Source: Auanema rhodensis
Lineage: Eukaryota; Animalia; Nematoda
NCBI GenBank assembly: GCA_964057225.1
Contig: OZ059900.1
Location: 2,170,001-2,234,000, forward strand
Reading direction: 5' to 3'
DNA: 64,000 nucleotides
The notes beneath the pieces are model-generated. The model saw only the letters and a program-made list of their open reading frames with translations, was not told where the DNA came from and did no database searches. How positions within the stretch are numbered: position 1 is the stretch's first letter; every line of letters begins with the position of its first letter. This document shows, in pieces, positions 38,701 through 53,178 of the stretch. Both the position numbers and the translations under genes were made by a program.

Positions 38701-41700
38701 TTGCACTGGTATTTATTCATTTTGATCAAAAAAGGTCGAAAATAGAAAGAATTTTTGAATTTTCCGAGTTTTGAGTCCAATTGGGCTAAATCGCTCATAT
38801 ATATGATCAAAAGCATAGTTTTACTGTCTATGATAACAAAAGTCTTCAAATATACACTAATAATGTGTAAATCACTGAATTTCACTCAAATAGCTTTACT
38901 ACACTAAGTATGGTCGTTTTTATGCCTTTAACACCATATACTCACCGATTTTTGGTACAAAATCTGTAATACTCGTAAATTTCGATCATATTCGTTAAGA
39001 TTCGAGAATCAAACACACAATACACGAAATAAGTTTATTTTTACGAGTTTGCACTGATATTTATTCATTTTGATCAAAAAAGGTCGAAAATAGAAAGAAT
39101 TTTTGAATTTTCCGAGTTTTGAGTCCAATTGGGCTAAATCGCTCATATATATATGATCAAAAGCATAGTTTCACTGTCTATGATAATAAAAGTCTTCAAA
39201 TATACACTAGTAATGATGAAATCACTGAATTTCACTCAAATAGCATTACTACACTAAGTATGGTCGTTTTTATGCCTTTAACACCATATACTCACCGATT
39301 TTTGGTACAAAATCTGTAATACTTGTAAATTTTGATCATATTTGTTAAGATTCGAGAATCAAACACATAATACACGAAATAAGTCTATTTTTACAAGTTT
39401 GCACTGATATTTATTCATTTTGATCAAAAAAGGTCGAAAATAGAAAGAATTTTTGAAATTTCCGAGTTTTGAGTCCAATTTGGCTAAATCGCTCATATAT
39501 ATGATCAAAAGCATAGTGTTATTGTCTATAACAACAAAAGTCATCAATTAAACGCTAGTGATGTTTAAATACTGAATTTCGCTCAAATAGCATTACTACA
39601 CTAAGTATGGTCGTTTTTATGCCTTTAACACCATATACTCACCGATTTTTGGTACAAAATCTGTAATACTCGTAAATTTTGATCATATTCGTTAAGATTT
39701 GAGAATCAAACATACAATACACAAAATCAGTCTATTTTTATGAGCTTGCACTGATATATATTCATTTTGATCAAAAAAGGTCGAAAATAGAAAGAATTTT
39801 TGAAATTTCCGAGTTTTGAGTCTAATTTGGCTAAATCGCTCATATATATGATCAAAAGCATAGTTTTATTGTCTATGACAACAAAAGTCATCAATTAAAT
39901 GCTAGTGATGTTTAAATACTGAATTTCGCTCAAATAGCATTACTACACTAAGTATGGTCGTTTTTATGCCTTTAACACCATATACTCACCGATTTTTGGT
40001 ACAAAATCTGTAATACTCGTAAATTTTGATCATATCCGGTGAGATTCGAGAATCAAACACACAATACACGAAATAAGTTTATTTTGACGAGTTTGCACTG
40101 GTATTTATTCATTTTGATCAAAAAAGGTCGAAAATAGAAAGAATTTTTGAATTTTCCGAGTTTTGAGTCCAATTGGGCTAAATCGCTCATATATATGATC
40201 AAAAGCATAGTTTTACTGTCTATGATAACAAAAGTCTTCAAATATACACTAATAATGTGTAAATCACTGAATTTCACTCAAATAGCTTTACTACACTAAG
40301 TATGGTCGTTTTTATGCCTTTAACACCATATACTCACCGATTTTTGGTACAAAATCTGTAATACTCGTAAATTTCGATCATATTCGTTAAGATTCGAGAA
40401 TCAAACACACAATACACGAAATAAGTTTATTTTTACGAGTTTGCACTGATATTTATTCATTTTGATCAAAAAAGGTCGAAAATAGAAAGAATTTTTGAAT
40501 TTTCCGAGTTTTGAGTCCAATTGGGCTAAATCGCTCATATATATGATCAAAAGCATAGTTTCACTGTCTATAATAACAAAAGTCTTCAAATATACACTAG
40601 TAATGATTAAATCACTGAATTTCACTCAAATAGCATTACTACACTAAGTATGGTCGTTTTTATGCCTTTAACACCATATACTCACCGATTTTTGGTACAA
40701 AATCTGTAATACTTGTAAATTTTGATCATATTTGTTAAGATTCGAGAATCAAACACATAATACACGAAATAAGTCTATTTTTACAAGTTTGCACTGATAT
40801 TTATTCATTTTGATCAAAAAAAGGTCGAAAATAGAAAAATTTTTTGAAATTTCCGAGTTTTGAGTCCAATTTGGCTAAATCGCTCATATATAAGATCAAA
40901 AGCATAGTTTTATTGTCTATAACAACAAAAGTCATCAATTAAACGCTAGTGATATTTAAATACTGATTTTCGCTCAAGTAGCATTACTACACTAAGTATG
41001 GTCGTTTTTATGCCTTTAACACCATATACTCACCGATTTTTGGTACAAAATCTGTAATACTTGTAAATTTTGATCATATTCGTTAAGATTTGAGAATCGA
41101 ACATACAATACACAAAATCAGTCTATTTTTATGAGCTTGCACTGATATATATTCATTTTGATCAAAAAAGGTCGAAAATAGAAAGAATTTTTGAAATTTC
41201 CGAGTTTTGAGTCTAATTTGGCTAAATCGCTCATATATATGATCAGAAGCATAGTTTTAATGTCTATGACAACAAAAATCATCAATTAAACGCTAGTGAT
41301 GTTTAAATACTGATTTTCGCTCAAATAGCATTACTACACTAAGTATGGTCGTTTTTATGCCTTTAACACCATATACTCACCGATTTTTGGTACAAAATCT
41401 GTAATACTCGTAAAATTTGATCATATTTGTTAAGATTTGAGAATCAAACACACAATACACGAAATAAGTTTATTTTGACGAGTTTGCACTGGTATTTATT
41501 CATTTTGATCAAAAAAGGTCGAAAATAGAAAGAATTTTTGAATTTTCCGAGTTTTGAGTCCAATTGGGCTAAATCGCTCATATATATGATCAAAAGCATA
41601 GTTTTACTGTCTATGATAACAAAAGTCATCAATTAAACGCTAGTGATGTTTAAATACTGAATTTCGCTCAAATAGCATTACTACACTAAGTATGGTCGTT

Positions 41701-42404
41701 TTTATGCCTTTAACACCATATACTCACCGATTTTTGGTACAAAATCTGTAATACTCGTAAATTTTGATCATATTCGTTAAGATTTGAGAATCAAACATAC
41801 AATACACAAAATCAGTCTATTTTTATGAGCTTGCACTGATATATATTCATTTTGATCAAAAAAGGTCGAAAATAGAAAGAATTTTTGAAATTTCCGAGTT
41901 TTGAGTCTAATTTGGCTAAATCGCTCATATATATGATCAAAAGCATAGTTTTATTGTCTATGACAACAAAAGTCATCAATTAAATGCTAGTGATGTTTAA
42001 ATACTGAATTTCGCTCAAATAGCATTACTACACTAAGTATGGTCGTTTTTATGCCTTTAACACCATATACTCACCGATTTTTGGTACAAAATCTGTAATA
42101 CTCGTAAATTTTGATCATATTCGGTGAGATTCGAGAATCAAACACACAATACACGAAATAAGTTTATTTTGACGAGTTTGCACTGGTATTTATTCATTTT
42201 GATCAAAAAAGGTCGAAAATAGAAAGAATTTTTGAATTTTCCGAGTTTTGAGTCCAATTGGGCTAAATCGCTAATATATATGATCAAAAGCATAGTTTTA
42301 CTGTCTATGATAACAAAAGTCTTCAAATATACACTAATAATGTGTAAATCACTGAATTTCACTCAAATAGCTTTACTACACTAAGTATGGTCGTTTTTAT
42401 GCCT
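26767..42404 (+). repeat. Higher-order repeat family based on a 14-monomer unit (4865 bp), with 9-mer (3127 bp) and 13-mer (4519 bp) derivatives
   Basis: The marker CATAGTGTTA monomer gives ORFs at 26848, 31713, 34840 and 39359 (spacings 4865, 3127, 4519). The markers ATATCCGG, GCTAATAT and GATGAAATC occur in a consistent order. Confidence 0.88.
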
Positions 42405-42752
42405 TTAACACCATATACTCACCGATTTTTGGTACAAAATCTGTAATACTCGTAAATTTCGATCATATTCGTTAAGATTCGAGAATCAAACACACAATAC
42501 ACGAAATAAGTTTATTTTTACGAGTTTGCACTGATATTTATTCATTTTGATCAAAAAAGGTCGAAAATAGAAAGAATTTTTGAATTTTCCGAGTTTTGAG
42601 TCCAATTGGGCTAAATCGCTCATATATATGATCAAAAGCATAGTTTCACTGTCTATGATAACAAAAGTCTTCAAATATACACTAGTAATGATTAAATCAC
42701 TGAATTTCACTCAAATAGCATTACTACACTAAGTATGGTCGTTTTTATGCCT

Positions 42753-45700
42753 TTAACACCATATACTCACCGATTTTTGGTACAAAATCTGTAATACTTG
42801 TAAATTTTGATCATATTTGTTAAGATTCGAGAATCAAACACATAATACACGAAATAAGTCTATTTTTACAAGTTTGCACTGATATTTATTCATTTTGATC
42901 AAAAAAAGGTCGAAAATAGAAAAATTTTTTGAAATTTCCGAGTTTTGAGTCCAATTTGGCTAAATCGCTCATATATAAGATCAAAAGCATAGTTTTATTG
43001 TCTATAACAACAAAAGTCATCAATTAAACGCTAGTGATGTTTAAATACTGAATTTCGCTCAAATAGCATTACTACACTAAGTATGGTCGTTTTTATGCCT
43101 TTAACACCATATACTCACCGATTTTTGGTACAAAATCTGTAATACTCGTAAATTTTGATCATATTCGTTAAGATTTGAGAATCAAACATACAATACACAA
43201 AATCAGTCTATTTTTATGAGCTTGCACTGATATATATTCATTTTGATCAAAAAAGGTCGAAAATAGAAAGAATTTTTGAAATTTCCGAGTTTTGAGTCTA
43301 ATTTGGCTAAATCGCTCATATATATGATCAAAAGCATAGTTTTATTGTCTATGACAACAAAAGTCATCAATTAAATGCTAGTGATGTTTAAATACTGAAT
43401 TTCGCTCAAATAGCATTACTACACTAAGTATGGTCGTTTTTATGCCTTTAACACCATATACTCACCGATTTTTGGTACAAAATCTGTAATACTCGTAAAT
43501 TTTGATCATATCCGGTGAGATTCGAGAATCAAACACACAATACACGAAATAAGTTTATTTTGACGAGTTTGCACTGGTATTTATTCATTTTGATCAAAAA
43601 AGGTCGAAAATAGAAAGAATTTTTGAATTTTCCGAGTTTTGAGTCCAATTGGGCTAAATCGCTCATATATATGATCAAAAGCATAGTTTTACTGTCTATG
43701 ATAACAAAAGTCTTCAAATATACACTAATAATGTGTAAATCACTGAATTTCACTCAAATAGCTTTACTACACTAAGTATGGTCGTTTTTATGCCTTTAAC
43801 ACCATATACTCACCGATTTTTGGTACAAAATCTGTAATACTCGTAAATTTTGATCATATTCGTTAAGATTTGAGAATCAAACACACAATACACGAAATAA
43901 GTTTATTTTTACGAGTTTGCACTGATATTTATTCATTTTGATCAAAAAAGGTCGAAAATAGAAAGAATTTTTGAATTTTCCGAGTTTTGAGTCCAATTGG
44001 GCTAAATCGCTCATATATATGATCAAAAGCATAGTTTCACTGTCTATGATAACAAAAGTCTTCAAATATACACTAGTAATGATTAAATCACTGAATTTCA
44101 CTCAAATAGCATTACTACACTAAGTATGGTCGTTTTTATGCCTTTAACACCATATACTCACCGATTTTTGGTACAAAATCTGTAATACTTGTAAATTTTG
44201 ATCATATTTGTTAAGATTCGAGAATCAAACACATAATACACGAAATAAGTCTATTTTTACAAGTTTGCACTGATATTTATTCATTTTGATCAAAAAAAGG
44301 TCGAAAATAGAAAAATTTTTTGAAATTTCCGAGTTTTGAGTCCAATTTGGCTAAATCGCTCATATATAAGATCAAAAGCATAGTTTTATTGTCTATAACA
44401 ACAAAAGTCATCAATTAAACGCTAGTGATATTTAAATACTGATTTTCGCTCAAGTAGCATTACTACACTAAGTATGGTCGTTTTTATGCCTTTAACACCA
44501 TATACTCACCGATTTTTGGTACAAAATCTGTAATACTTGTAAATTTTGATCATATTCGTTAAGATTTGAGAATCGAACATACAATACACAAAATCAGTCT
44601 ATTTTTATGAGCTTGCACTGATATATATTCATTTTGATCAAAAAAGGTCGAAAATAGAAAGAATTTTTGAAATTTCCGAGTTTTGAGTCTAATTTGGCTA
44701 AATCGCTCATATATATGATCAGAAGCATAGTTTTAATGTCTATGACAACAAAAATCATCAATTAAACGCTAGTGATGTTTAAATACTGATTTTCGCTCAA
44801 ATAGCATTACTACACTAAGTATGGTCGTTTTTATGCCTTTAACACCATATACTCACCGATTTTTGGTACAAAATCTGTAATACTCGTAAAATTTGATCAT
44901 ATTTGTTAAGATTTGAGAATCAAACACACAATACACGAAATAAGTTTATTTTGACGAGTTTGCACTGGTATTTATTCATTTTGATCAAAAAAGGTCGAAA
45001 ATAGAAAGAATTTTTGAATTTTCCGAGTTTTGAGTCCAATTGGGCTAAATCGCTCATATATATGATCAAAAGCATAGTTTTACTGTCTATGATAACAAAA
45101 GTCATCAATTAAACGCTAGTGATGTTTAAATACTGAATTTCGCTCAAATAGCATTACTACACTAAGTATGGTCGTTTTTATGCCTTTAACACCATATACT
45201 CACCGATTTTTGGTACAAAATCTGTAATACTCGTAAATTTTGATCATATTCGTTAAGATTTGAGAATCAAACATACAATACACAAAATCAGTCTATTTTT
45301 ATGAGCTTGCACTGATATATATTCATTTTGATCAAAAAAGGTCGAAAATAGAAAGAATTTTTGAAATTTCCGAGTTTTGAGTCTAATTTGGCTAAATCGC
45401 TCATATATATGATCAAAAGCATAGTTTTATTGTCTATGACAACAAAAGTCATCAATTAAATGCTAGTGATGTTTAAATACTGAATTTCGCTCAAATAGCA
45501 TTACTACACTAAGTATGGTCGTTTTTATGCCTTTAACACCATATACTCACCGATTTTTGGTACAAAATCTGTAATACTCGTAAATTTTGATCATATTCGG
45601 TGAGATTCGAGAATCAAACACACAATACACGAAATAAGTTTATTTTGACGAGTTTGCACTGGTATTTATTCATTTTGATCAAAAAAGGTCGAAAATAGAA

Positions 45701-48700
45701 AGAATTTTTGAATTTTCCGAGTTTTGAGTCCAATTGGGCTAAATCGCTCATATATATGATCAAAAGCATAGTTTCACTGTCTATGATAACAAAAGTCTTC
45801 AAATATACACTAGTAATGATTAAATCACTGAATTTCACTCAAATAGCATTACTACACTAAGTATGGTCGTTTTTATGCCTTTAACACCATATACTCACCG
45901 ATTTTTGGTACAAAATCTGTAATACTTGTAAATTTTGATCATATTTGTTAAGATTCGAGAATCAAACACATAATACACGAAATAAGTCTATTTTTACAAG
46001 TTTGCACTGATATTTATTCATTTTGATCAAAAAAAGGTCGAAAATAGAAAAATTTTTTGAAATTTCCGAGTTTTGAGTCCAATTTGGCTAAATCGCTCAT
46101 ATATAAGATCAAAAGCATAGTTTTATTGTCTATAACAACAAAAGTCATCAATTAAACGCTAGTGATGTTTAAATACTGAATTTCGCTCAAATAGCATTAC
46201 TACACTAAGTATGGTCGTTTTTATGCCTTTAACACCATATACTCACCGATTTTTGGTACAAAATCTGTAATACTCGTAAATTTTGATCATATTCGTTAAG
46301 ATTTGAGAATCAAACATACAATACACAAAATCAGTCTATTTTTATGAGCTTGCACTGATATATATTCATTTTGATCAAAAAAGGTCGAAAATAGAAAGAA
46401 TTTTTGAAATTTCCGAGTTTTGAGTCTAATTTGGCTAAATCGCTCATATATATGATCAGAAGCATAGTTTTAATGTCTATGACAACAAAAATCATCAATT
46501 AAACGCTAGTGATGTTTAAATACTGATTTTCGCTCAAATAGCATTACTACACTAAGTATGGTCGTTTTTATGCCTTTAACACCATATACTCACCGATTTT
46601 TGGTACAAAATCTGTAATACTTGTAAATTTTGATCATATTCGTTAAGATTTGAGAATCGAACATACAATACACAAAATCAGTCTATTTTTATGAGCTTGC
46701 ACTGATATATATTCATTTTGATCAAAAAAGGTCGAAAATAGAAAGAATTTTTGAAATTTCCGAGTTTTGAGTCTAATTTGGCTAAATCGCTCATATATAT
46801 GATCAGAAGCATAGTTTTAATGTCTATGACAACAAAAATCATCAATTAAACGCTAGTGATGTTTAAATACTGATTTTCGCTCAAATAGCATTACTACACT
46901 AAGTATGGTCGTTTTTATGCCTTTAACACCATATACTCACCGATTTTTGGTACAAAATCTGTAATACTCGTAAAATTTGATCATATTTGTTAAGATTTGA
47001 GAATCAAACACACAATACACAAAATCAGTCTATTTTTATGAGTTTACACTGATATATATTCATTTTCATCAAAAAAGGTCGAAAATAGAAAGAATTTTTG
47101 AATTTTCCGAGTTTTGAGTCGAATTGGGCTAAATCGCTCATATATATGATCAAAAGCATAGTTTTACTGTCTATGATAACAAAAGTCTTCAAATATACAC
47201 TAATAATGATTAAATCACTGAATTTCACTCAAATAGCATTACTACACTAAGTATGGTCGTTTTTATGCCTTTAACACCATATACTCACCGATTTTTGGTA
47301 CAAAATCTGTAATACTCGTAAATTTTGATCATATTTGTTAAGATTCGAGAATCAAACACATAATACACAAAATAAGTCTATTTTTACAAGTTTGCACTGA
47401 TATTTATTCATTTTGATCAAAAAAGGTCGAAAATAGAAAGAATTTTTGAAATTTCCGAGTTTTGAGTCCAATTTGGCTAAATCGCTCATATATATGATCA
47501 AAAGCATAGTTTTATTGTCTATAACAACAAAAGTCATCAATTAAACGCTAGTGATGTTTAAATACTGAATTTCGCTCAAATAGCATTACTACACTAAGTA
47601 TGGTCGTTTTTATGCCTTTAACACCATATACTCACCGATTTTTGGTACAAAATCTGTAATACTTGTAAATTTTGATCATATTTGTTAAGATTCGAGAATC
47701 AAACACATAATACACGAAATAAGTCTATTTTTACAAGTTTGCACTGATATTTATTCATTTTGATCAAAAAAAGGTCGAAAATAGAAAAATTTTTTGAAAT
47801 TTCCGAGTTTTGAGTCCAATTTGGCTAAATCGCTCATATATAAGATCAAAAGCATAGTTTTATTGTCTATAACAACAAAAGTCATCAATTAAACGCTAGT
47901 GATGTTTAAATACTGAATTTCGCTCAAATAGCATTACTACACTAAGTATGGTCGTTTTTATGCCTTTAACACCATATACTCACCGATTTTTGGTACAAAA
48001 TCTGTAATACTCGTAAATTTTGATCATATTCGTTAAGATTTGAGAATCAAACATACAATACACAAAATCAGTCTATTTTTATGAGCTTGCACTGATATAT
48101 ATTCATTTTGATCAAAAAAGGTCGAAAATAGAAAGAATTTTTGAAATTTCCGAGTTTTGAGTCTAATTTGGCTAAATCGCTCATATATATGATCAAAAGC
48201 ATAGTTTTATTGTCTATGACAACAAAAGTCATCAATTAAATGCTAGTGATGTTTAAATACTGAATTTCGCTCAAATAGCATTACTACACTAAGTATGGTC
48301 GTTTTTATGCCTTTAACACCATATACTCACCGATTTTTGGTACAAAATCTGTAATACTCGTAAATTTTGATCATATCCGGTGAGATTCGAGAATCAAACA
48401 CACAATACACGAAATAAGTTTATTTTGACGAGTTTGCACTGGTATTTATTCATTTTGATCAAAAAAGGTCGAAAATAGAAAGAATTTTTGAATTTTCCGA
48501 GTTTTGAGTCCAATTGGGCTAAATCGCTCATATATATGATCAAAAGCATAGTTTTACTGTCTATGATAACAAAAGTCTTCAAATATACACTAATAATGTG
48601 TAAATCACTGAATTTCACTCAAATAGCTTTACTACACTAAGTATGGTCGTTTTTATGCCTTTAACACCATATACTCACCGATTTTTGGTACAAAATCTGT

Positions 48701-51700
48701 AATACTCGTAAATTTTGATCATATTCGTTAAGATTTGAGAATCAAACACACAATACACGAAATAAGTTTATTTTTACGAGTTTGCACTGATATTTATTCA
48801 TTTTGATCAAAAAAGGTCGAAAATAGAAAGAATTTTTGAATTTTCCGAGTTTTGAGTCCAATTGGGCTAAATCGCTCATATATATGATCAAAAGCATAGT
48901 TTCACTGTCTATGATAACAAAAGTCTTCAAATATACACTAGTAATGATTAAATCACTGAATTTCACTCAAATAGCATTACTACACTAAGTATGGTCGTTT
49001 TTATGCCTTTAACACCATATACTCACCGATTTTTGGTACAAAATCTGTAATACTTGTAAATTTTGATCATATTTGTTAAGATTCGAGAATCAAACACATA
49101 ATACACGAAATAAGTCTATTTTTACAAGTTTGCACTGATATTTATTCATTTTGATCAAAAAAAGGTCGAAAATAGAAAAATTTTTTGAAATTTCCGAGTT
49201 TTGAGTCCAATTTGGCTAAATCGCTCATATATAAGATCAAAAGCATAGTTTTATTGTCTATAACAACAAAAGTCATCAATTAAACGCTAGTGATATTTAA
49301 ATACTGATTTTCGCTCAAGTAGCATTACTACACTAAGTATGGTCGTTTTTATGCCTTTAACACCATATACTCACCGATTTTTGGTACAAAATCTGTAATA
49401 CTTGTAAATTTTGATCATATTCGTTAAGATTTGAGAATCGAACATACAATACACAAAATCAGTCTATTTTTATGAGCTTGCACTGATATATATTCATTTT
49501 GATCAAAAAAGGTCGAAAATAGAAAGAATTTTTGAAATTTCCGAGTTTTGAGTCTAATTTGGCTAAATCGCTCATATATATGATCAGAAGCATAGTTTTA
49601 ATGTCTATGACAACAAAAATCATCAATTAAACGCTAGTGATGTTTAAATACTGATTTTCGCTCAAATAGCATTACTACACTAAGTATGGTCGTTTTTATG
49701 CCTTTAACACCATATACTCACCGATTTTTGGTACAAAATCTGTAATACTCGTAAAATTTGATCATATTTGTTAAGATTTGAGAATCAAACACACAATACA
49801 CGAAATAAGTTTATTTTGACGAGTTTGCACTGGTATTTATTCATTTTGATCAAAAAAGGTCGAAAATAGAAAGAATTTTTGAATTTTCCGAGTTTTGAGT
49901 CCAATTGGGCTAAATCGCTCATATATATGATCAAAAGCATAGTTTTACTGTCTATGATAACAAAAGTCATCAATTAAACGCTAGTGATGTTTAAATACTG
50001 AATTTCGCTCAAATAGCATTACTACACTAAGTATGGTCGTTTTTATGCCTTTAACACCATATACTCACCGATTTTTGGTACAAAATCTGTAATACTCGTA
50101 AATTTTGATCATATTCGTTAAGATTTGAGAATCAAACATACAATACACAAAATCAGTCTATTTTTATGAGCTTGCACTGATATATATTCATTTTGATCAA
50201 AAAAGGTCGAAAATAGAAAGAATTTTTGAAATTTCCGAGTTTTGAGTCTAATTTGGCTAAATCGCTCATATATATGATCAAAAGCATAGTTTTATTGTCT
50301 ATGACAACAAAAGTCATCAATTAAATGCTAGTGATGTTTAAATACTGAATTTCGCTCAAATAGCATTACTACACTAAGTATGGTCGTTTTTATGCCTTTA
50401 ACACCATATACTCACCGATTTTTGGTACAAAATCTGTAATACTCGTAAATTTTGATCATATTCGGTGAGATTCGAGAATCAAACACACAATACACGAAAT
50501 AAGTTTATTTTGACGAGTTTGCACTGGTATTTATTCATTTTGATCAAAAAAGGTCGAAAATAGAAAGAATTTTTGAATTTTCCGAGTTTTGAGTCCAATT
50601 GGGCTAAATCGCTCATATATATGATCAAAAGCATAGTTTCACTGTCTATGATAACAAAAGTCTTCAAATATACACTAGTAATGATTAAATCACTGAATTT
50701 CACTCAAATAGCATTACTACACTAAGTATGGTCGTTTTTATGCCTTTAACACCATATACTCACCGATTTTTGGTACAAAATCTGTAATACTTGTAAATTT
50801 TGATCATATTTGTTAAGATTCGAGAATCAAACACATAATACACGAAATAAGTCTATTTTTACAAGTTTGCACTGATATTTATTCATTTTGATCAAAAAAA
50901 GGTCGAAAATAGAAAAATTTTTTGAAATTTCCGAGTTTTGAGTCCAATTTGGCTAAATCGCTCATATATAAGATCAAAAGCATAGTTTTACTGTCTATGA
51001 TAACAAAAGTCTTCAAATATACACTAATAATGATTAAATCACTGAATTTCACTCAAATAGCATTACTACACTAAGTATGGTCGTTTTTATGCCTTTAACA
51101 CCATATACTCACCGATTTTTGGTACAAAATCTGTAATACTTGTAAATTTTGATCATATTTGTTAAGATTCGAGAATCAAACACATAATACACGAAATAAG
51201 TCTATTTTTACAAGTTTGCACTGATATTTATTCATTTTGATCAAAAAAAGGTCGAAAATAGAAAAATTTTTTGAAATTTCCGAGTTTTGAGTCCAATTTG
51301 GCTAAATCGCTCATATATAAGATCAAAAGCATAGTTTTATTGTCTATAACAACAAAAGTCATCAATTAAACGCTAGTGATGTTTAAATACTGAATTTCGC
51401 TCAAATAGCATTACTACACTAAGTATGGTCGTTTTTATGCCTTTAACACCATATACTCACCGATTTTTGGTACAAAATCTGTAATACTCGTAAATTTTGA
51501 TCATATTCGTTAAGATTTGAGAATCAAACATACAATACACAAAATCAGTCTATTTTTATGAGCTTGCACTGATATATATTCATTTTGATCAAAAAAGGTC
51601 GAAAATAGAAAGAATTTTTGAAATTTCCGAGTTTTGAGTCTAATTTGGCTAAATCGCTCATATATATGATCAGAAGCATAGTTTTAATGTCTATGACAAC

Positions 51701-52831
51701 AAAAATCATCAATTAAACGCTAGTGATGTTTAAATACTGATTTTCGCTCAAATAGCATTACTACACTAAGTATGGTCGTTTTTATGCCTTTAACACCATA
51801 TACTCACCGATTTTTGGTACAAAATCTGTAATACTTGTAAATTTTGATCATATTCGTTAAGATTTGAGAATCGAACATACAATACACAAAATCAGTCTAT
51901 TTTTATGAGCTTGCACTGATATATATTCATTTTGATCAAAAAAGGTCGAAAATAGAAAGAATTTTTGAAATTTCCGAGTTTTGAGTCTAATTTGGCTAAA
52001 TCGCTCATATATATGATCAGAAGCATAGTTTTAATGTCTATGACAACAAAAATCATCAATTAAACGCTAGTGATGTTTAAATACTGATTTTCGCTCAAAT
52101 AGCATTACTACACTAAGTATGGTCGTTTTTATGCCTTTAACACCATATACTCACCGATTTTTGGTACAAAATCTGTAATACTCGTAAAATTTGATCATAT
52201 TTGTTAAGATTTGAGAATCAAACACACAATACACAAAATCAGTCTATTTTTATGAGTTTACACTGATATATATTCATTTTCATCAAAAAAGGTCGAAAAT
52301 AGAAAGAATTTTTGAATTTTCCGAGTTTTGAGTCGAATTGGGCTAAATCGCTCATATATATGATCAAAAGCATAGTTTTACTGTCTATGATAACAAAAGT
52401 CTTCAAATATACACTAATAATGATTAAATCACTGAATTTCACTCAAATAGCATTACTACACTAAGTATGGTCGTTTTTATGCCTTTAACACCATATACTC
52501 ACCGATTTTTGGTACAAAATCTGTAATACTCGTAAATTTTGATCATATTTGTTAAGATTCGAGAATCAAACACATAATACACAAAATAAGTCTATTTTTA
52601 CAAGTTTGCACTGATATTTATTCATTTTGATCAAAAAAGGTCGAAAATAGAAAGAATTTTTGAAATTTCCGAGTTTTGAGTCCAATTTGGCTAAATCGCT
52701 CATATATATGATCAAAAGCATAGTTTTATTGTCTATAACAACAAAAGTCATCAATTAAACGCTAGTGATGTTTAAATACTGAATTTCGCTCAAATAGCAT
52801 TACTACACTAAGTATGGTCGTTTTTATGCCT
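42753..52831 (+). repeat. 14-monomer (4865-bp) tandem duplication; the second copy carries one extra monomer (5214 bp)
   Basis: ORFs 43529/48394, 43877/48742, 44920/49785 and 45614/50479 are offset by 4865. After the extra 349-bp monomer at 50746-51094, ORFs 47025/52239 and 47352/52566 are offset by 5214. Confidence 0.92.
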
Positions 52832-53178
52832 TTAACACCATATACTCACCGATTTTTGGTACAAAATCTGTAATACTCGTAAATTTTGATCATATTCGTT
52901 AAGATTTGAGAATCAAACATACAATACACAAAATCAGTCTATTTTTATGAGCTTGCACTGATATATATTCATTTTGATCAAAAAAGGTCGAAAATAGAAA
53001 GAATTTTTGAAATTTCCGAGTTTTGAGTCTAATTTGGCTAAATCGCTCATATATATGATCAAAAGCATAGTTTTATTGTCTATGACAACAAAAGTCATCA
53101 ATTAAATGCTAGTGATGTTTAAATACTGAATTTCGCTCAAATAGCATTACTACACTAAGTATGGTCGTTTTTATGCCT

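Noticed and set aside
39119-39319. Single plus-strand 66-aa ORF
   Set aside because: Created by a 2-bp AT slippage in one monomer, with a TTG start and no coding evidence.
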